A stretch of DNA of 64,000 nucleotides. Source: Trypanosoma brucei (taxonomy: Eukaryota). Every line of letters begins with the position of its first letter. Within the stretch, counting starts at the first letter, position 1. Under the pieces are notes generated by a model. That model saw only the letters and a program-made list of their open reading frames with translations. It searched no databases and was not told the DNA's origin. Shown in pieces: positions 62,411 to 64,000 of this stretch. The DNA lies in assembly GCA_000002445.1 (NCBI GenBank), contig CH464491.1, positions 1,088,001-1,152,000 of the forward strand. The letters are read 5' to 3'. The position numbers and the translations under genes were made by a program.

Positions 62411-63033
62411 GTGACCAATTCGATTGAACCCTTGTGGTGATATCACCAATCCCCACCGCATTGTTTCATTGCACTCACACCTCGCAAGGGATGTACGTCG
62501 TATTGTGTATTCGGTCCCCCCTCCCCCCTTTTTTTAACCATATAGCAGTTGACGTTGGGTTGGAGGTGCTCTTTCCTCCGCAGCCCCTTATGCTCACCTT
62601 TTACCGTTCCATCCTTTCGATCACCTCATCGTCTCTACTAACTGCAGGGCTCCTGTAAATGTAGGCGGGGGGGGGAGGCACGCGGGGAAAAGAAACGCTT
62701 GTTGGTGAATTTGTACAAACATGGCGGAAGACGTTGTTTTGTTTCCTTTTTTTTTCCTCCTTGCCCTTGGTATTCATATATATATAAATGTGTGTATCTG
62801 TACTTTTTGGTTTCTGAGTGTGGCACCGGAAGAGTGTGTGGCACACCTATTTCATGATCACGGCAGGTAACAGTGACCGGCATTGCATGGGTTCGCTGTT
62901 GACTGTATATGTACCGATTAGAATTTAGGGGACAACATTTCCCCCAGAGGGCTAACATTCGTTACAAGCTGTTTTTGTTCTTTCCCCCCCCCCCTCAAGA
63001 CATACGTGCTCCATACGTGTCGGTGGCCTTTTC

Positions 63034-63060
<27 letters not shown>
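63034..63060. repeat. (GT)n microsatellite, followed by (TA)n at 63101-63127 and A15 at 63226-63240
   Basis: The sequence reads gtgtgtgtgtgtgtgtgtgtgtgtgtg. Confidence 0.9.
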
Positions 63061-63065
<5 letters not shown>

Positions 63066-64000
63066 GTGTTTTGCCATCGCCGCTAAACATTGTGCAGTGG
63101 ATATATAAATATATATATATATATATAAGCATTTGTGGTGCGCGCGGCCACATCGCGTACTTGCTTGGACGAAGAGGGAGGGGTATGAATGGGAGAGCGG
63201 TGCAGTTAAGACACAGTCAATGCGCAAAAAAAAAAAAAAAGAAAAAGCCTCGTTGCATCTGTGAAAAATGGACAGTCGGTGGTGCTACGCGTCGTTCTGT
63301 ATAAAGAAAATAACGGAGTCGTAGTTTGAATGCTGCTACCCCGTTCGCGCACCGGTATTTAGGGGACACATGGCAACCGTCACGGTTGTTGAGAGTTCTC
63401 TCCCTGTTTAATGTTATTATCCTCTCTCCTAACAACTGCGTGGGTCGGCTTGTCTTGATGTGTAGTTTATATGGCCGCTGCTGGGTAGTGAGCGGACTCA
63501 ACCACTTCAACTACTAAAGTCACGTTGAAGTTTGTCAAACTAGCGCCCTAGGGGGCTTTTGTATTGCATGTGAAGGTGGAATATACGGAATTATATCTCG
63601 TATTTGCTATTCTGCTCCTTGTTCGCTCTTAGTTTTGTTTTTTCTCTTTAGCATAATGGGTCTTCACCCGTAGCCGTGCAGAGGCAATGGGAGGTGAAGG
63701 AGGTGCTGCGTGCGCCTCATAGGGCGTGGGCCAGTAGTTACACAGGCAGACAAGTTTATTAAAACATGCATGCACATATAGTTACAGTCCTTGACTCTAC
63801 CGCTCCTGCCTGCAGTACGTGGAGTGCGTCTTTGATTTACATCGTGTCCCTTTCTAGTTTTTCCTTGTAAACACAGGTCCCCGGGAGGAAGAAAAATAAA
63901 AGTGTCGTGTAGCCGTGGCTCCCTGTATGTTTGGCTCGTGGTGTTTGGCAGCTGTAACTAAATTTTATAAGAGTTACGGGACTGCACCGTTACAACGCGT

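Noticed and set aside
1-64000. Prokaryotic-style interpretation (operons, defence islands, CRISPR, mobile elements)
   Set aside because: The gene content is eukaryotic (actin-like, katanin, AMPD, BTB-Kelch, TRM1). The intergenic polyY-AG signals and microsatellites are kinetoplastid. No direct-repeat/spacer arrays, integrases, transposases or IS termini were seen.

Overview
This window reads as a nuclear chromosomal core region of a trypanosomatid. Moderate GC, (TA)n and (GT)n microsatellites in almost every intergenic spacer, and polypyrimidine tracts followed by AG ahead of each gene fit a Trypanosoma brucei-group genome best. It is not a prokaryotic locus. I could support 22 intronless protein-coding genes, all on the + strand, so the window is one uninterrupted directional (polycistronic) gene cluster with no strand-switch region. 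The ORF track often begins at non-ATG codons (TTG or GTG, which I checked directly in the sequence), so I re-anchored those CDS starts to the first in-frame ATG. The recognisable products are:
- a membrane-anchored S8 subtilisin (1487 aa)
- a very long AMP deaminase (1558 aa)
- a LisH plus AAA katanin-p60/KATNAL2-like ATPase
- an actin-like/ARP protein
- TRM1 tRNA m2,2G26 dimethyltransferase
- a GT25-family glycosyltransferase
- an RNI-type leucine-rich-repeat protein
- a patatin/PNPLA-like protein whose nucleophile Ser appears replaced by Gly
- a KCTD-type BTB plus Kelch protein
- a CCCH/RGG/polyQ putative RNA-binding protein
- an inactive M16 (MPP-alpha-like) subunit
- an NME5/RSP23-like NDK-DPY30 protein
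- about ten hypothetical proteins
I found no rRNA, tRNA, CRISPR array, retroelement (ingi/RIME/SLACS-like) or obvious pseudogene. Gene-free spacers are 0.9-2.5 kb. The longer ones (1..2028, 9823..11721, 42254..44273, 53781..56334) are the most likely places for unannotated small genes or ncRNAs. I found no prokaryote-style novel system. The most interesting observations are individual divergent or pseudo-enzyme genes.
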